DNA of 64,000 nt from Patescibacteria group bacterium (GTDB lineage: Bacteria > Patescibacteriota > Minisyncoccia > 2-02-FULL-40-12 > GWA2-44-9), in contig JBBTYA010000004.1 of assembly GCA_038061995.1 (NCBI GenBank), forward strand, positions 15,350 to 79,349, written 5' to 3'. Position numbers and translations under genes: made by a program. Numbering within the stretch: position 1 is the stretch's first letter; each line of letters opens with the position of its first letter. Of the stretch, positions 16,632-27,245 are shown piece by piece. Below the pieces are notes generated by a model. The model made no database searches. It saw nothing but the letters and a program-made list of their open reading frames with translations, and was not told the DNA's origin.

Positions 16632-18431
16632 CTAGCGCTTGAGCATCTCCAAAAAGACGTTGTGGGGAATCTGTACTTTTCCGAGTTCTTCCATCTTCTT
16701 CTTTCCCCGCTTTTGCTTCTCCAAGAGCTTCATTTTGCGCGTTACGTCACCGCCATACAAATAGCCCGTCACATCTTTACGACGAGCGCGAATAGTTTCG
16801 CGAGCGATCACCTTACCGCCAATAACTGCCTGCAGTGCAACGGCAAACCACTGTGCAGGGATAATATCTTTAAGTTTCTCGATCATGGCGCGTCCCTCAC
16901 GGTTCGCGAGTGAGCGCGGCACGATGCGTGAAAATGGCTCTACGATGTCGTCGGCAACAAGAATGTCGAGACGCACCAAATCATCAACGCGAAATCCGCA
17001 GAGCTCGTAGCTGAGCGATGCATATCCTGACGACACGCTCTTAAGCTGATCATAAAAATCAGTAATCAATTCAGCAAGCGGAATGACGTAGCGCAACACC
17101 GCCGTGTCGCTTCCCAAATATTCCGTCGCTTCATAGATACTACGGCGCGTTGCGGCAAGCTCCATGACGCCTCCTACATACGTTGATGGTGCGATGATCT
17201 CTACGCGAGCGATAGGTTCGGCGATCATTTCTACGCGCGAAGGATCGGGTAAGAGCGCTGCGGAACGGATGAGAATCTCCTCGCCGTTTTTCAGCGTTAC
17301 CTGGTATTCCACCGACGGCGAAGAAACAATGAGTTTTAAATTAAATTCACGACGCAACCGCTCAGAGATAATTTCAACGTGGAGCATGCCCAAAAAACCA
17401 ACACGGAATCCCCGCCCCAAGCCCGCAGATGATTCTGGCTCATAAATCAGCGAAGCGTCAGTGAGCTTCAGCTTACCGAGAGCATCTTTGAGCACATCAT
17501 ACTCTTCTCCGTTTTCAGGAAAGAAGCTTGCGAATACCATGGGGGTCGCCTGACGATACCCCGGGAGCGGTTCAAATGCCGCGTTCTGTGCCTCGCGCTG
17601 TAGTGTGATAGTGTCACCTACGTGAATCTGCCCCGGATCTTTAATGCCGGTTGCGATGTACCCGATCATACCGGGCTCAAGAGATTTTTCTGGAGTCTGC
17701 TGTGGCGCAAACCAACCCGTCTCAAGCACTTCTGCGCGAGCCTTTGTTGCCCACGCAAGCATGGTATCTCGATTACTTACCGTACCGCTCACCATACGCA
17801 CGTACGCAATCACGCCCTTATATGCATCGAACGAAGAATCGAAAATAAGCGCGCGGGCAGGGCCATCAACAATGTGCGGTGGTGGCACATCGCGCACCAC
17901 GCGATCGAGCAGTTCGATCACTCCTGTGCCCTGCTTTGCAGAAATACTCAAGATGGTATCTGGCGTGATACCCAACAACAACGAGAGCTGCTCTTTCACA
18001 ATCTCCGTCCGCGCGTTTGGTAGGTCTACTTTATTGATAGCGGGGACAATGACCAACCCTTGGCGCTGTGCAAGGTGTAAGTTCGCAAGTGTCTGGGCTT
18101 GGATCCCTTTGGTAGCATCCACCAACAAGATAGCGCCCTCGACCGCAGCGAGAGAGCGCGAAACTTCGTATGAGAAATCGACATGCCCCGGCGTATCAAT
18201 AAGATTTAATACATACGCTTGCTTCTCCCCCTTCGGCGTGTAGCGCATGCGTACTGGCTGGAGCTTAATAGTAATACCGCGCTCGCGTTCAAGATCCATC
18301 TGGTCCAGATACTGATTCTGCATCTTACGGCGCTCAACTGCGCCCGTAAGCTCAAGAAAACGATCGGCAAGTGTGGACTTGCCGTGGTCGATGTGGGCGA
18401 TAATGACGAAGTTACGTATCAGATCGTGCAT
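16632..18431 (-). CDS. lepA: elongation factor 4 (LepA)
   Basis: NFVIIAHIDHGKSTLADR G-domain, characteristic LepA C-terminal domain; 599 aa. Confidence 0.95.
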   Translation of the reverse strand: MHDLIRNFVIIAHIDHGKSTLADRFLELTGAVERRKMQNQYLDQMDLERERGITIKLQPVRMRYTPKGEKQAYVLNLIDTPGHVDFSYEVSRSLAAVEGAILLVDATKGIQAQTLANLHLAQRQGLVIVPAINKVDLPNARTEIVKEQLSLLLGITPDTILSISAKQGTGVIELLDRVVRDVPPPHIVDGPARALIFDSSFDAYKGVIAYVRMVSGTVSNRDTMLAWATKARAEVLETGWFAPQQTPEKSLEPGMIGYIATGIKDPGQIHVGDTITLQREAQNAAFEPLPGYRQATPMVFASFFPENGEEYDVLKDALGKLKLTDASLIYEPESSAGLGRGFRVGFLGMLHVEIISERLRREFNLKLIVSSPSVEYQVTLKNGEEILIRSAALLPDPSRVEMIAEPIARVEIIAPSTYVGGVMELAATRRSIYEATEYLGSDTAVLRYVIPLAELITDFYDQLKSVSSGYASLSYELCGFRVDDLVRLDILVADDIVEPFSRIVPRSLANREGRAMIEKLKDIIPAQWFAVALQAVIGGKVIARETIRARRKDVTGYLYGGDVTRKMKLLEKQKRGKKKMEELGKVQIPHNVFLEMLKR

Positions 18432-18436
18432 GGGGC

Positions 18437-19798
18437 TTACCCTACCATGAGTGAGCGCTCATCGGCAATTCGTGAAAGTCGCATCTGCAGTATGATCGTC
18501 AGCACTAACGCCTGCACCACAGACCCCGCGACCGTAGCACCCGCAAGCGCCACCAGTGAAAAGGCGCCTTGTGTATACGCTCCCGCGATAATGCCACCCG
18601 TTGTTATGATTCCGCAGAGAGCAGCAACCAATGGTGTACGTGTATCCTGCAATGCATAAAACCCTCGAGCGACTACGTGAATGAGTCCTTGTGGCACAAC
18701 GCCGATCATAAACACTGAAATCGCTGTCGAAAGCAGTACGAGATCTGGTCCCGTCGCCGTGCCCGCGCCAAATGCTATGCGCGCGATAGGTTCTGCAAAA
18801 TATACTCCTGCTCCAGCGGCAAGAAGTAGTAATCCCGAAATGCGAAGCGACGCTTGCGTGATGAGCATACGAAATTCAGGCCATGCACTACGCGCAGCAG
18901 TCCGAGATAGTTGCGGAAATGCGGCCGTCGCGCCAGCAATCGCGATGAGCGATACGGGCACAAAATGTACATTTGATGCAAGCGCTAATACTGTTACTCC
19001 TCCCGCTGGAAGAAGCGATGCCGCCATCGTAGTGATTGTTGTTCCGATCTGCTGTGCTCCAAGCGCAAGCGTTCGCGGGATCATAAGGCGCACCACGGAG
19101 AGAACGCCGGTGCCACGCACTGCCCACGATGGTAACCAGCGAAATCCCGCACGTCGCGCGGCGACCCACTGCGTTAGAGCGTGAAGCGATGCGCCCAAGA
19201 GCACACCGTAGACCAATCCAAGTACGGGATCTCCTCCAGAACGCATTTCATGGGGCGCGAGATACAACGCACCAATGATAATGCCGCCGTTATATAACAC
19301 GGGAGCAACGGCATAGGCGAAGAAGCGCTCTCGCGCTTGCAACACTGCGCCCGCAATGGTGCCGATGGCAAACAGCACGGGACTCCACGCCATGAACGTA
19401 ATAGCGAGCGCCAAACGCTCCTGTCCGAAAGTATCAAAGCCTGGGCCTACAAAGCGAGCAACTGTGTCTGCTCCCAACCCCAGCGCTACGGCACCTAATA
19501 TAGTAAGCGTCACGGCCCATGTGCCGAACACTCGCGCGAGCTTCCATGCTTTTTCTTCCTGTTTTTCGAAATAAGAAACAAAGATGGGAATAAATGCCGA
19601 TGCGATTCCTCCGAGAACGATTAAATTAAAGAGAAGATCTGGAAATCGAAACGCGGCGTAGTAAATATCGAGTGTATCTCCAGCGCCAAATGAGCTCGCT
19701 AGAATACGATCTCGTAGCAAGCCTGTCGCCTTTGCAAAAAACGAAAAGAACGCCAGAAGCATTCCGGCACGCATGAATCCAAGAGAAGAAGTGCGCAT
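18437..19798 (-). CDS. murJ: lipid II flippase MurJ (MviN family)
   Basis: 453 aa, about 12-14 TM, MOP-superfamily pattern. Confidence 0.8.
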   Translation of the reverse strand: MRTSSLGFMRAGMLLAFFSFFAKATGLLRDRILASSFGAGDTLDIYYAAFRFPDLLFNLIVLGGIASAFIPIFVSYFEKQEEKAWKLARVFGTWAVTLTILGAVALGLGADTVARFVGPGFDTFGQERLALAITFMAWSPVLFAIGTIAGAVLQARERFFAYAVAPVLYNGGIIIGALYLAPHEMRSGGDPVLGLVYGVLLGASLHALTQWVAARRAGFRWLPSWAVRGTGVLSVVRLMIPRTLALGAQQIGTTITTMAASLLPAGGVTVLALASNVHFVPVSLIAIAGATAAFPQLSRTAARSAWPEFRMLITQASLRISGLLLLAAGAGVYFAEPIARIAFGAGTATGPDLVLLSTAISVFMIGVVPQGLIHVVARGFYALQDTRTPLVAALCGIITTGGIIAGAYTQGAFSLVALAGATVAGSVVQALVLTIILQMRLSRIADERSLMVG

Positions 19799-19806
19799 AT
19801 CGTATA

Positions 19807-22359
19807 CTACTGCGTTGTGAATCGAATGACGAGATCGCGCTCAAGCGCTCCGCTCCACGACCATGCGGCGGCGCCTTTTGTGAGCGAGCTCTCAGTCTGT
19901 ACCTTTGGGGCGTCAGGGAAGGAAAGCGCCATATCGAATGGTTTGAGTATCATGCCCGGCTGCTTTTGCACGGTAAGTTCATACGCTCCCGCGTTGGTGC
20001 GGGGCACGCTATACGAAAGCGTCACCGTCTTTTCAGAGCCAGGTTTAGTAATCATCCAAAAGCCAAACACCGTTCTGTCGCCTTCCGTCGTAACGCGCAC
20101 GCCGTTGGCAAGCTCTGTGCCCTCTTCTATGCCACGCAATGTGGCGTCGACCGTTGCATCGGTATACTTTGTAAGCGCAGTATATCCCGGCGCGTCATTA
20201 CCCGAGATCGCTCCTAGCTGCGCACCACGTGGCACCACAACGCGCACATATGACGGATTCTCTGTATTATAGATGGGCAGTTCATGATCACCGCCCTTAT
20301 GTGTACGCGTGAGTGAGAGCGTGTGCTCACTCGCCGCGTTATAGACCGTTGTTTTCAAAGAAGCTTTTGTGTCTGTAAGTGCGTCAGTTTTTGCTCCTTT
20401 CACATTAGAAAAGACGGTCATAAGAAAATCACCGCCGTCAGAACGAATGTGGCCGTCAAACCCCTTCTCACGCGCGAAAGCTTGCACGTCTTCGTTGCGG
20501 AAATACATAAGCATATCCTTGCGCTCCAGTGCGCCCACAAAAATACGCAGCAACGAGAGCCACTGCTCACGGCCGCCAGTGGCTATGCGATCCACCACCA
20601 ATGGCGCGGCGTCGACAATCACCTGCTTCGGCTTATTCTGCTTTCTGTTCTCACCATATTCAACCTCTCGCTGGAGTTCTTCAAGGAATGAGTCACTCTT
20701 TAACGTGATGTTATACGCGGGCACTTTTATTTCTCCCACCACATCAAGTACTTCTCCTAACACTTTCGTGTTCAGCGCAATAACGCCATCGGCATCAAGG
20801 CCCGTTTCTTTCTTAAAGAACGAGAGTGTTGTCTCTGCAGACGTAGGGCCGTCGATAAACCACCCCGCATCGCGCATCGCCCAATGAGGAGTGATGTGTT
20901 GCAGTGCTGTGGGAGGCACGATCTTTTCTTTTAATTGGCCGTCGGGATTATAAATATCATCAGCTTTAAACGAGCTCATGCGTCCGCCGGAAAATTCCAG
21001 GATGCCGTAACTTCCCGGAAAGCCGCCCATAGGACGCACTTCGCTATCATTCAAAAACAGCACGAGAAAACGACGGTCATCGCCAATCCCGATCATATAC
21101 TGAAGGAGATCAATATACTTCACCCCATCACGTACTACCGTATGCAGTGCGGGTAGCTGTTCAGAAAACGCCGCGAGTGCAGCGCGCTTGTCTTCGGGGA
21201 GTACATTGGGATCAATATCAGCAACAAGCTCGGCTGCACGCTCCATGTTTGCATCCGCAAGTGCCAGTGCCGCAGCGAGTGGACGAATCTTTTCAGTAAC
21301 CAGCGTGCGTGTATTCGCATCTTGCTGTAGCACCGCTCCCGTGCTCGAGAGTTTATCAACTGCATCAGTGAGCGCGTGGCCCGCATCCGCAATGAGCGTT
21401 CCTGCGCGCACAAGATTGCGCCCCGTGCGATATGCGTCAGTGCCCGGAAGCTTTGCAATCAACGCGCCAAGACCATCACCAAACACGTCAACATCTTTCT
21501 GTAGTTTTGAAAATTGTTCGAACGCAGAGAGAAAGTTTGCTGACGCGTCATGGAAACGAAGTTCTGCAATGTGCTCTTTTGCTTGTGAGAGATTATCAAT
21601 CGCAATAGTTGAATCGCGCATCACGCGTGATTTTAATTCAGAGCCGTAGCGAGAGAGCCCTACCATGCCGGCAGTCACGAGCCCCGCAACAAGTACAAAT
21701 CCGAAAAGCGCACCCCAGCGAATACTCCTTCGCGGAGCTTCAGCGCGAATGGGTGGCATGTGAATCACACGCGTTGGATCAGCGGGAAGTGGCGTAGATG
21801 CGCCGCTCCACCACTCACCCACTTCTTCAGAGCGCATCGCGGAAGCAAAACGCACCGAGGACTCTTCGGGGTTGAGATTCGCCATCGCTCCATATTCAGA
21901 CACGGGGCGCGACCGGCGCAGTTCGGTCGCAATATCTTGATGCCATCGCTCCTCTATCGCTGGAGAGGGCTTTTGTAGTGAGCCGCGCGCACGTGCGGGT
22001 TTTGGAGTTGCTATAGGTTCGCTACTGGCAAGCGTTGGAGAAAATGCGACTTCTTTTGCGACTGATTCTTCAAGCATGCGCGAGAGCTCTGCGCGGGCTT
22101 CCGCATCAGATACAAGTCGCGAAGTCGCGCGGATCACTGGTTCGCTTTCTAAAGCCGCCGTAGTAGCAACCGCAACGCGGGTTTCGCGAGGCTGTGTGCG
22201 AAGGTTTACTTCCACAGGAAGAGGTGCCTGTGCGCGCGAGAAACCACCCGTGCCTGGTGCGGGTTTTACATCGAAAAGGGCCCCTGTAACGTGTTGGGAT
22301 TTCTGGGGCATGCGTACCTCTCCAGTATAGCTGTTTTTATCCTCTCCGTGAGCCAACAA
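19807..22359 (-). CDS. large membrane-anchored protein: disordered Ala/Pro-rich N-terminus, one TM, about 600-aa extracytoplasmic domain (possibly DUF4012-like)
   Basis: 850-aa ORF; TM at about 205-230; sits at the head of the glycosyltransferase locus. Confidence 0.55.
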   Translation of the reverse strand: MLAHGEDKNSYTGEVRMPQKSQHVTGALFDVKPAPGTGGFSRAQAPLPVEVNLRTQPRETRVAVATTAALESEPVIRATSRLVSDAEARAELSRMLEESVAKEVAFSPTLASSEPIATPKPARARGSLQKPSPAIEERWHQDIATELRRSRPVSEYGAMANLNPEESSVRFASAMRSEEVGEWWSGASTPLPADPTRVIHMPPIRAEAPRRSIRWGALFGFVLVAGLVTAGMVGLSRYGSELKSRVMRDSTIAIDNLSQAKEHIAELRFHDASANFLSAFEQFSKLQKDVDVFGDGLGALIAKLPGTDAYRTGRNLVRAGTLIADAGHALTDAVDKLSSTGAVLQQDANTRTLVTEKIRPLAAALALADANMERAAELVADIDPNVLPEDKRAALAAFSEQLPALHTVVRDGVKYIDLLQYMIGIGDDRRFLVLFLNDSEVRPMGGFPGSYGILEFSGGRMSSFKADDIYNPDGQLKEKIVPPTALQHITPHWAMRDAGWFIDGPTSAETTLSFFKKETGLDADGVIALNTKVLGEVLDVVGEIKVPAYNITLKSDSFLEELQREVEYGENRKQNKPKQVIVDAAPLVVDRIATGGREQWLSLLRIFVGALERKDMLMYFRNEDVQAFAREKGFDGHIRSDGGDFLMTVFSNVKGAKTDALTDTKASLKTTVYNAASEHTLSLTRTHKGGDHELPIYNTENPSYVRVVVPRGAQLGAISGNDAPGYTALTKYTDATVDATLRGIEEGTELANGVRVTTEGDRTVFGFWMITKPGSEKTVTLSYSVPRTNAGAYELTVQKQPGMILKPFDMALSFPDAPKVQTESSLTKGAAAWSWSGALERDLVIRFTTQ

Positions 22360-22368
22360 TGTGGAGAA

Positions 22369-23463
22369 TCACCCGCGCAAAAGAGCGAGCGTCTCGCGCG
22401 CCGATCGCTCCCACGAAAAATGCGTAGCGCGAGCCTTCGCGCGCATTGCCGTAAGGCCATGAAGAGCATCATCGGTCGCCAGCGCGTGCATCGCGCTCGC
22501 GAGCTCGCTCGTGTCATAGGGAGAAACAAGAAGCGCGGCATCATGAAGCACTTCCGGAAGAGCGCCAACATCAGAAGCAACCACCGGAACGCCCAGCGCA
22601 CACGCTGCAAGCGGTGGGAAGCCAAACCCTTCAAGGAAAGAGGGGTACACCAGCGCGCGAGCACCAGCGAGCAATGTATCACGCTCTGCATCAGAAGCGT
22701 TTAAGTGCACATCAATGCGATCACGAAACGGGTGGTGCGCTATAGCACGCACAATCTTCCCCTCCCCTGAACCTGAATATCCCACAAGGCATAGCCGCAC
22801 ACGAGGAACGCGTGAAGCACACTGGGCAAATGCATCCAACACGCCAGCACTATTTTTTCGGGGTTCAAATGTTCCCAGCGCAATGAAATAGGGATCGCTC
22901 GCTGGTAAAGCATTCGCTGGCGTAACAATGTGCGGTACCCCTGAATGAACGACGTGTACGCGTTCATCTGGGATACCGTATTCACGTACCACATCTAATT
23001 TTGTAGCACGCGATACTGCAATCACTGCATAAGATGCCCGCACGAAACGTCGCGGCCGCATGACGAGGTGCCACGCTTTTTGTTTCAATGAAAAAAAATG
23101 AGGCGCAACAACAAACGAAAGATCGTGTACCGTTGTTACTCGCCGACACTTCTGCGAAAGAGCACCAGCAAGAATGTGGGGAAAGAAAAAGACATCAGCA
23201 CCCCCCACGAGCTCATCAAGGGGCAATGCGCCTAGTAGCGCCGCTCCAAAGAGCACGCGATTTGATATGTGACGATGGATCACCTGCGCGTTTGGAGCGT
23301 GCGGCAATGCATCTAACGGCGCCGGCTTTCTGCCGGTCCATAATAATTTAAAAGTGACATCGGGAGCTGCGGCAACAAGCTGCGGCAACAACGAAAGGAT
23401 ATACTCCTCAACGCCACTGCGCCTCCCCGACCCAAGCGCACGAATATCAACGCCGATAACCAT
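22369..23463 (-). CDS. glycosyltransferase family 4 (GT-B)
   Basis: EGFGFPPLAACALGVPVVASDVGALPEV. Confidence 0.8.
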   Translation of the reverse strand: MVIGVDIRALGSGRRSGVEEYILSLLPQLVAAAPDVTFKLLWTGRKPAPLDALPHAPNAQVIHRHISNRVLFGAALLGALPLDELVGGADVFFFPHILAGALSQKCRRVTTVHDLSFVVAPHFFSLKQKAWHLVMRPRRFVRASYAVIAVSRATKLDVVREYGIPDERVHVVHSGVPHIVTPANALPASDPYFIALGTFEPRKNSAGVLDAFAQCASRVPRVRLCLVGYSGSGEGKIVRAIAHHPFRDRIDVHLNASDAERDTLLAGARALVYPSFLEGFGFPPLAACALGVPVVASDVGALPEVLHDAALLVSPYDTSELASAMHALATDDALHGLTAMRAKARATHFSWERSARETLALLRG

Positions 23464-23486
23464 AGCACCAGCATAGAGAAAGATCC

Positions 23487-23538
23487 GTATAAAAACAAAG
23501 GCCTGTGCCGGGAGCGTGGAAGCTCTACCGACACAGGC
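23487..23538 (-). terminator. terminator-like hairpin with large loop after 23557-23904
   Basis: GCCTGTG...CACAGGC stem followed on the minus strand by TTTGTTTTTAT. Confidence 0.35.
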
Positions 23539-23556
23539 TTGAGAACTGGGGGCGGC

Positions 23557-23904
23557 CTACCGGCGCGTGGCGATGAGTTGCATCGCCACCGCCCGCTCCT
23601 GCTCCGCTGGGGGCAACTTGTAGATGTGCCGCTGAACGGCCGCGTGGAACTCCGAGAAGCTCTTGAAGCCCAAGCTCTCGAATCCGGTACCTCGATAGAA
23701 CGGCCCGTCGACGATCCTGAGTGACTGGTAGACCAGCTCGGGGATGCTCACGGGTACCTTCCCCGTACCAGGAGCGCCACACTCCCTTGGTCGCATCTCG
23801 CGATCGGAGTGCAACACGGCGCCAGTGAATTCGAGATACGTCTGCAGAACTTCTGCCGCTCGAAGCTTGACCTCATACGGCGTAGCGATACGAATCACCT
23901 TCAT
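23557..23904 (-). CDS. hypothetical protein between two GT4 genes
   Basis: 115-aa ORF; start overlaps the upstream GT4 stop (ATGA). Confidence 0.35.
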   Translation of the reverse strand: MKVIRIATPYEVKLRAAEVLQTYLEFTGAVLHSDREMRPRECGAPGTGKVPVSIPELVYQSLRIVDGPFYRGTGFESLGFKSFSEFHAAVQRHIYKLPPAEQERAVAMQLIATRR

Positions 23905-24980
23905 CCACGGAAAAGCGCCTGTATTCGGCTTAAAAACACGCCCGTTGAGAATTGTTCCGCACGCTTTCTACAGGCTTCTTGCGTGTATGTTTCTCCACGG
24001 AATGTGTGCATCGCGCTCGCAAATGCTTCTACGCTCTGTTCGTGCACTAGAGTGCCCGTGACGCCATCAAGTATTGTTTCTGTCGCTCCCCCGCGAGCGT
24101 GGGCAATCACTGGTGTGCCGCAGGCCATCGCCTCAACAGGCACGATGCCGAAATCTTCTTCTTGCGGGAAAATAAGGGCTTGAGCATTCGCGTAGAGATC
24201 ACGTAGCTCCGCATCCGAAACGCGCCCCACAAATGTTATAGCTCCCCTCGCCAGTCGCTCGAGGCGCGAGCGCTCGGGCCCATCACCAGCGACAATAAGC
24301 TTAGCGCCCGCGGCTTGCGCTGCCTCCACAACAACATCAAACCGTTTGTATGAAACAAGGCGACCCACCGCAAGGAAATAATCCCGGCGCGGCTGCGGCA
24401 CAGGAGTAAATATGTCCGTCCGCACGGGAGGATAGATCACCGGTGCCACACGTCCCCAATATGCGCGTACGCGTTCGGCAACTGCACGCGAGATAGCAAC
24501 CATATCCGTGGCGCGCTGCGCCGCATGCGCATCCCAGAGCCGTACATACGCTTGCACGGGCGCCACAAGCGCGCGCACGATGCGCGGATATCCTAAGTGA
24601 CGCCAAAACGCGTGACTCCCCTCCCAAAGGAACCGTGGTGGCGTGAGACAGTAGGCAACGTGGCGTGTGTGGGGCAGTGCCACCACACCTTTTGCGAACG
24701 GCCCCGCAACACTGATCACTACATCAAACGCGGAGAAATCCCAGCTCTCAACAGCGAGCGGCAGTAATGGTGTGTATGCATGCGGATAGCGCGTCGCGAA
24801 CGGGAGCGATTGTATAAACGAGGTACGAATGGTGCGCCCCGCAAACACGCCGCCAGTACCCCGTTCGTCGTACACGGTTGTGTAGATGGGCGCGTCAGGC
24901 CAGAGAGAAGCAAGTGCCTGCAGTACACGCTCGGCGCCGCCGAACTGCGTGAGGTGATCATAGACAAGCGCTATCTTCAT
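23901..24980 (-). CDS. glycosyltransferase family 4 (GT-B)
   Basis: EEDFGIVPVEAMACGTPVIA. Confidence 0.8.
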   Translation of the reverse strand: MKIALVYDHLTQFGGAERVLQALASLWPDAPIYTTVYDERGTGGVFAGRTIRTSFIQSLPFATRYPHAYTPLLPLAVESWDFSAFDVVISVAGPFAKGVVALPHTRHVAYCLTPPRFLWEGSHAFWRHLGYPRIVRALVAPVQAYVRLWDAHAAQRATDMVAISRAVAERVRAYWGRVAPVIYPPVRTDIFTPVPQPRRDYFLAVGRLVSYKRFDVVVEAAQAAGAKLIVAGDGPERSRLERLARGAITFVGRVSDAELRDLYANAQALIFPQEEDFGIVPVEAMACGTPVIAHARGGATETILDGVTGTLVHEQSVEAFASAMHTFRGETYTQEACRKRAEQFSTGVFLSRIQALFRG

Positions 24981-26377
24981 ACCGCCGTGCGATCACTGAC
25001 CAGCCGCATGAGCGTGCGCATAATAATGCGTATGTCCATCCAGAATGACCAGTTCTCAATATAAAACGTGTCCAAGCGCACCTCTTCTTCAAATGAAAGC
25101 GCTGAACCTCCGGAGATCTGAGCCAGTCCCGTTACCCCTGCCTTAATGCCAAGCACACGCTTATGGTGTCGCTGATAGCGCGCCACTTCATCGGGTTGAT
25201 GCGGGCGTGGACCCACAAGGCTCATATCTCCCCGGACCACATTCCACAGCTGAGGAAGTTCATCAAGACGCAAGCGGCGCAGCCATCGTCCTACACGAGT
25301 AACGCGAGGATCGCACGTCATTTTAAATAGCGGTCCGTCATTGCGCTCGTTATAGGGTATGAGCAGCGGCTTAAGCTCTTCTGCATTTTCAATCATGCTC
25401 CGAAACTTCAGGAGTGAGAAATGGCGACTGCGGCTCACGCGACGCAATCGTACAAATATGGGACCGCGCGTCTCCCACGTGATCAGAAGTGCGATACAGA
25501 AAAAGAGCGGGAGAAGAAGAATGAGGCCTATCATCGTTGCGCTGACATCAAACACACGCTTGAACACTCTCCCCCAGCCATCAAGTGAGGTGCGCTTAAG
25601 CTCAATGACAGGAATGTCGCCAATAGCATCAACGCTGTAGTGCGTCGTGAGCGTTTCGTGCATGTTTGGCACGAACGTAAAAGGAATGTGGTACTCGTGA
25701 CAGTATTCGACAAGCTCCACAATGGTAGCCGCATCAAACGTGGGTTGCGCCAAGAGTACGCCATCGATGGCGCCTGCATGCCAGAGCTCTCCGATAGCCT
25801 GAACGTCTGGAGCGTGTATGTGGGTTGCTACAACATATCCCAAATCATCGTTCGCCCGGATCGTTGCCACCAGGCGCTCGGTCACTGCATCGCTCCCCAC
25901 AACCAACAACCGGTGCGCTCCATACCCGCGTCGCATGAGACGTGTATGCACCGCGCGAATAAGGAGTCTCCCCGTACACACCGACACGATCGCCAGCAGC
26001 CACGCACCAAGCACCAAAAAGCGAGAGTCAAAGAGCTCACGACTCACGAAGATAAATGCGATGACACCCAAGATACCCGCCGACGAGGCGAGAGCCACCT
26101 TGGCGCACTCCTCTGCGCGCGACATGCGTACGCCCATCGTATACAGCCCAGCTACGGCATAGCACGCAATAAAGAAAAGAGACGTTGGGATCACCAGCGC
26201 AACGTACTTATCAAGCGGAAGACGGAACTCAAACAGCACTGGCCGAAAGGCATCCAAGATGTTCGTGCGCAGAAGGTACGTGAGCACGCCAGCAAGAAAA
26301 AGCATACCCAGATCAACGGGCACACGCACCACATTTAAGATGAAATCTGACCGCTTCATGCGGCGGGAATGTAGCAT
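24977..26377 (-). CDS. polyprenyl-phosphate glycosylphosphotransferase (bacterial sugar transferase, WbaP/WcaJ-like)
   Basis: N-terminal TM bundle plus C-terminal PF02397-type domain (KFRSM...DELPQLWNVVRGDMSLVGPRP). Confidence 0.85.
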   Translation of the reverse strand: MLHSRRMKRSDFILNVVRVPVDLGMLFLAGVLTYLLRTNILDAFRPVLFEFRLPLDKYVALVIPTSLFFIACYAVAGLYTMGVRMSRAEECAKVALASSAGILGVIAFIFVSRELFDSRFLVLGAWLLAIVSVCTGRLLIRAVHTRLMRRGYGAHRLLVVGSDAVTERLVATIRANDDLGYVVATHIHAPDVQAIGELWHAGAIDGVLLAQPTFDAATIVELVEYCHEYHIPFTFVPNMHETLTTHYSVDAIGDIPVIELKRTSLDGWGRVFKRVFDVSATMIGLILLLPLFFCIALLITWETRGPIFVRLRRVSRSRHFSLLKFRSMIENAEELKPLLIPYNERNDGPLFKMTCDPRVTRVGRWLRRLRLDELPQLWNVVRGDMSLVGPRPHQPDEVARYQRHHKRVLGIKAGVTGLAQISGGSALSFEEEVRLDTFYIENWSFWMDIRIIMRTLMRLVSDRTAV

Positions 26378-26394
26378 GTACAGGCCCTAAACGC

Positions 26395-26416
26395 AAAACG
26401 CCCCGAAGGGCGTTTT
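26395..26416 (-). terminator. terminator hairpin after rnpB
   Basis: AAAACGCCCCGAAGGGCGTTTT. Confidence 0.6.
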
Positions 26417-26796
26417 GGGAGGTATACCGATAAGCCGGGTTCTGTCTGGCCTTGCGGTGAGACTGTCATGTATCTAGGCGCGTCGTTGCCGCCGCGCTCG
26501 AGCGATCGAACTTTTCGAACTCTCCCGAAAGAGAAAACGCTGATCTTGCACCCGGGTAAGGATTTAGCCGTTTCACCCCAAGCCTTTAATCCCATCAGCT
26601 TGGACTTGGCTGCGATATGACGAATCACATCACATGGGTTTGCCACCGATGCCCTTTCGAGCATCGAACGTCTCTGCTCGCACCTCTCACATTACTGTGT
26701 ACGGGGATTACCCGCTACCCTGCTCCTCTGCATACGCAAAGGGAGTGCCCGGACTTTCCTCTCCTGTGAAGGAGCGACAGTCCAGTATACCTCAAG
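26417..26796 (-). ncRNA. rnpB: RNase P RNA, bacterial type A
   Basis: Minus-strand reading contains GAGGAAAGUCCGGGCAC (P4 5' strand) and ACAGAACCCGGCUUA (P4 3' strand). P1 pairing GAGGUAUAC/GUAUACCUC; about 380 nt; ends are approximate. Confidence 0.85.
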
Positions 26797-26801
26797 GCCT
26801 A

Positions 26802-27245
26802 TTATACCAGATTTCTCTGCCGCTGGCTAGCAACTCGTGCGTCGAGCGCTTCGTTGACGAATGCATCAGCTTTACCGTTTTCTTCACGAGGAATATGGAT
26901 AAAATCGACTGATTTAAAATCACCACGCGCATTCCATAATTCTAAAAAGAGTTGCTTGAGACCGGGCTCTTTCACTTTATATTCTCCAAGCGCTTGGCGC
27001 ACCACAAGCTGGCTATCAGCGCGCACAACGACTGAAGCATCGCGTGCGGCATCGGTGCCAATGCGTGCCTTTAATCTATGCAATGCAGAAATAACTGCCC
27101 GATACTCTGCAACATTATTCGTAGTGTCACCGATATATTCGCCAAAACCATCTTCAAAATCAGGGCCGCGAATAACAACCCCGACTGCAGCAGGGCCTGG
27201 ATTTCCGCGAGAACCACCGTCCGTCCAAATATTATACGTGTTCAT
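26802..27245 (-). CDS. rnhA: ribonuclease HI
   Basis: MNTYNIWTDGGSRGNPGPAAVG...NNVAEYRA...; start set at the internal Met because the longer ORF call would run across rnpB. Confidence 0.8.
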   Translation of the reverse strand: MNTYNIWTDGGSRGNPGPAAVGVVIRGPDFEDGFGEYIGDTTNNVAEYRAVISALHRLKARIGTDAARDASVVVRADSQLVVRQALGEYKVKEPGLKQLFLELWNARGDFKSVDFIHIPREENGKADAFVNEALDARVASQRQRNLV

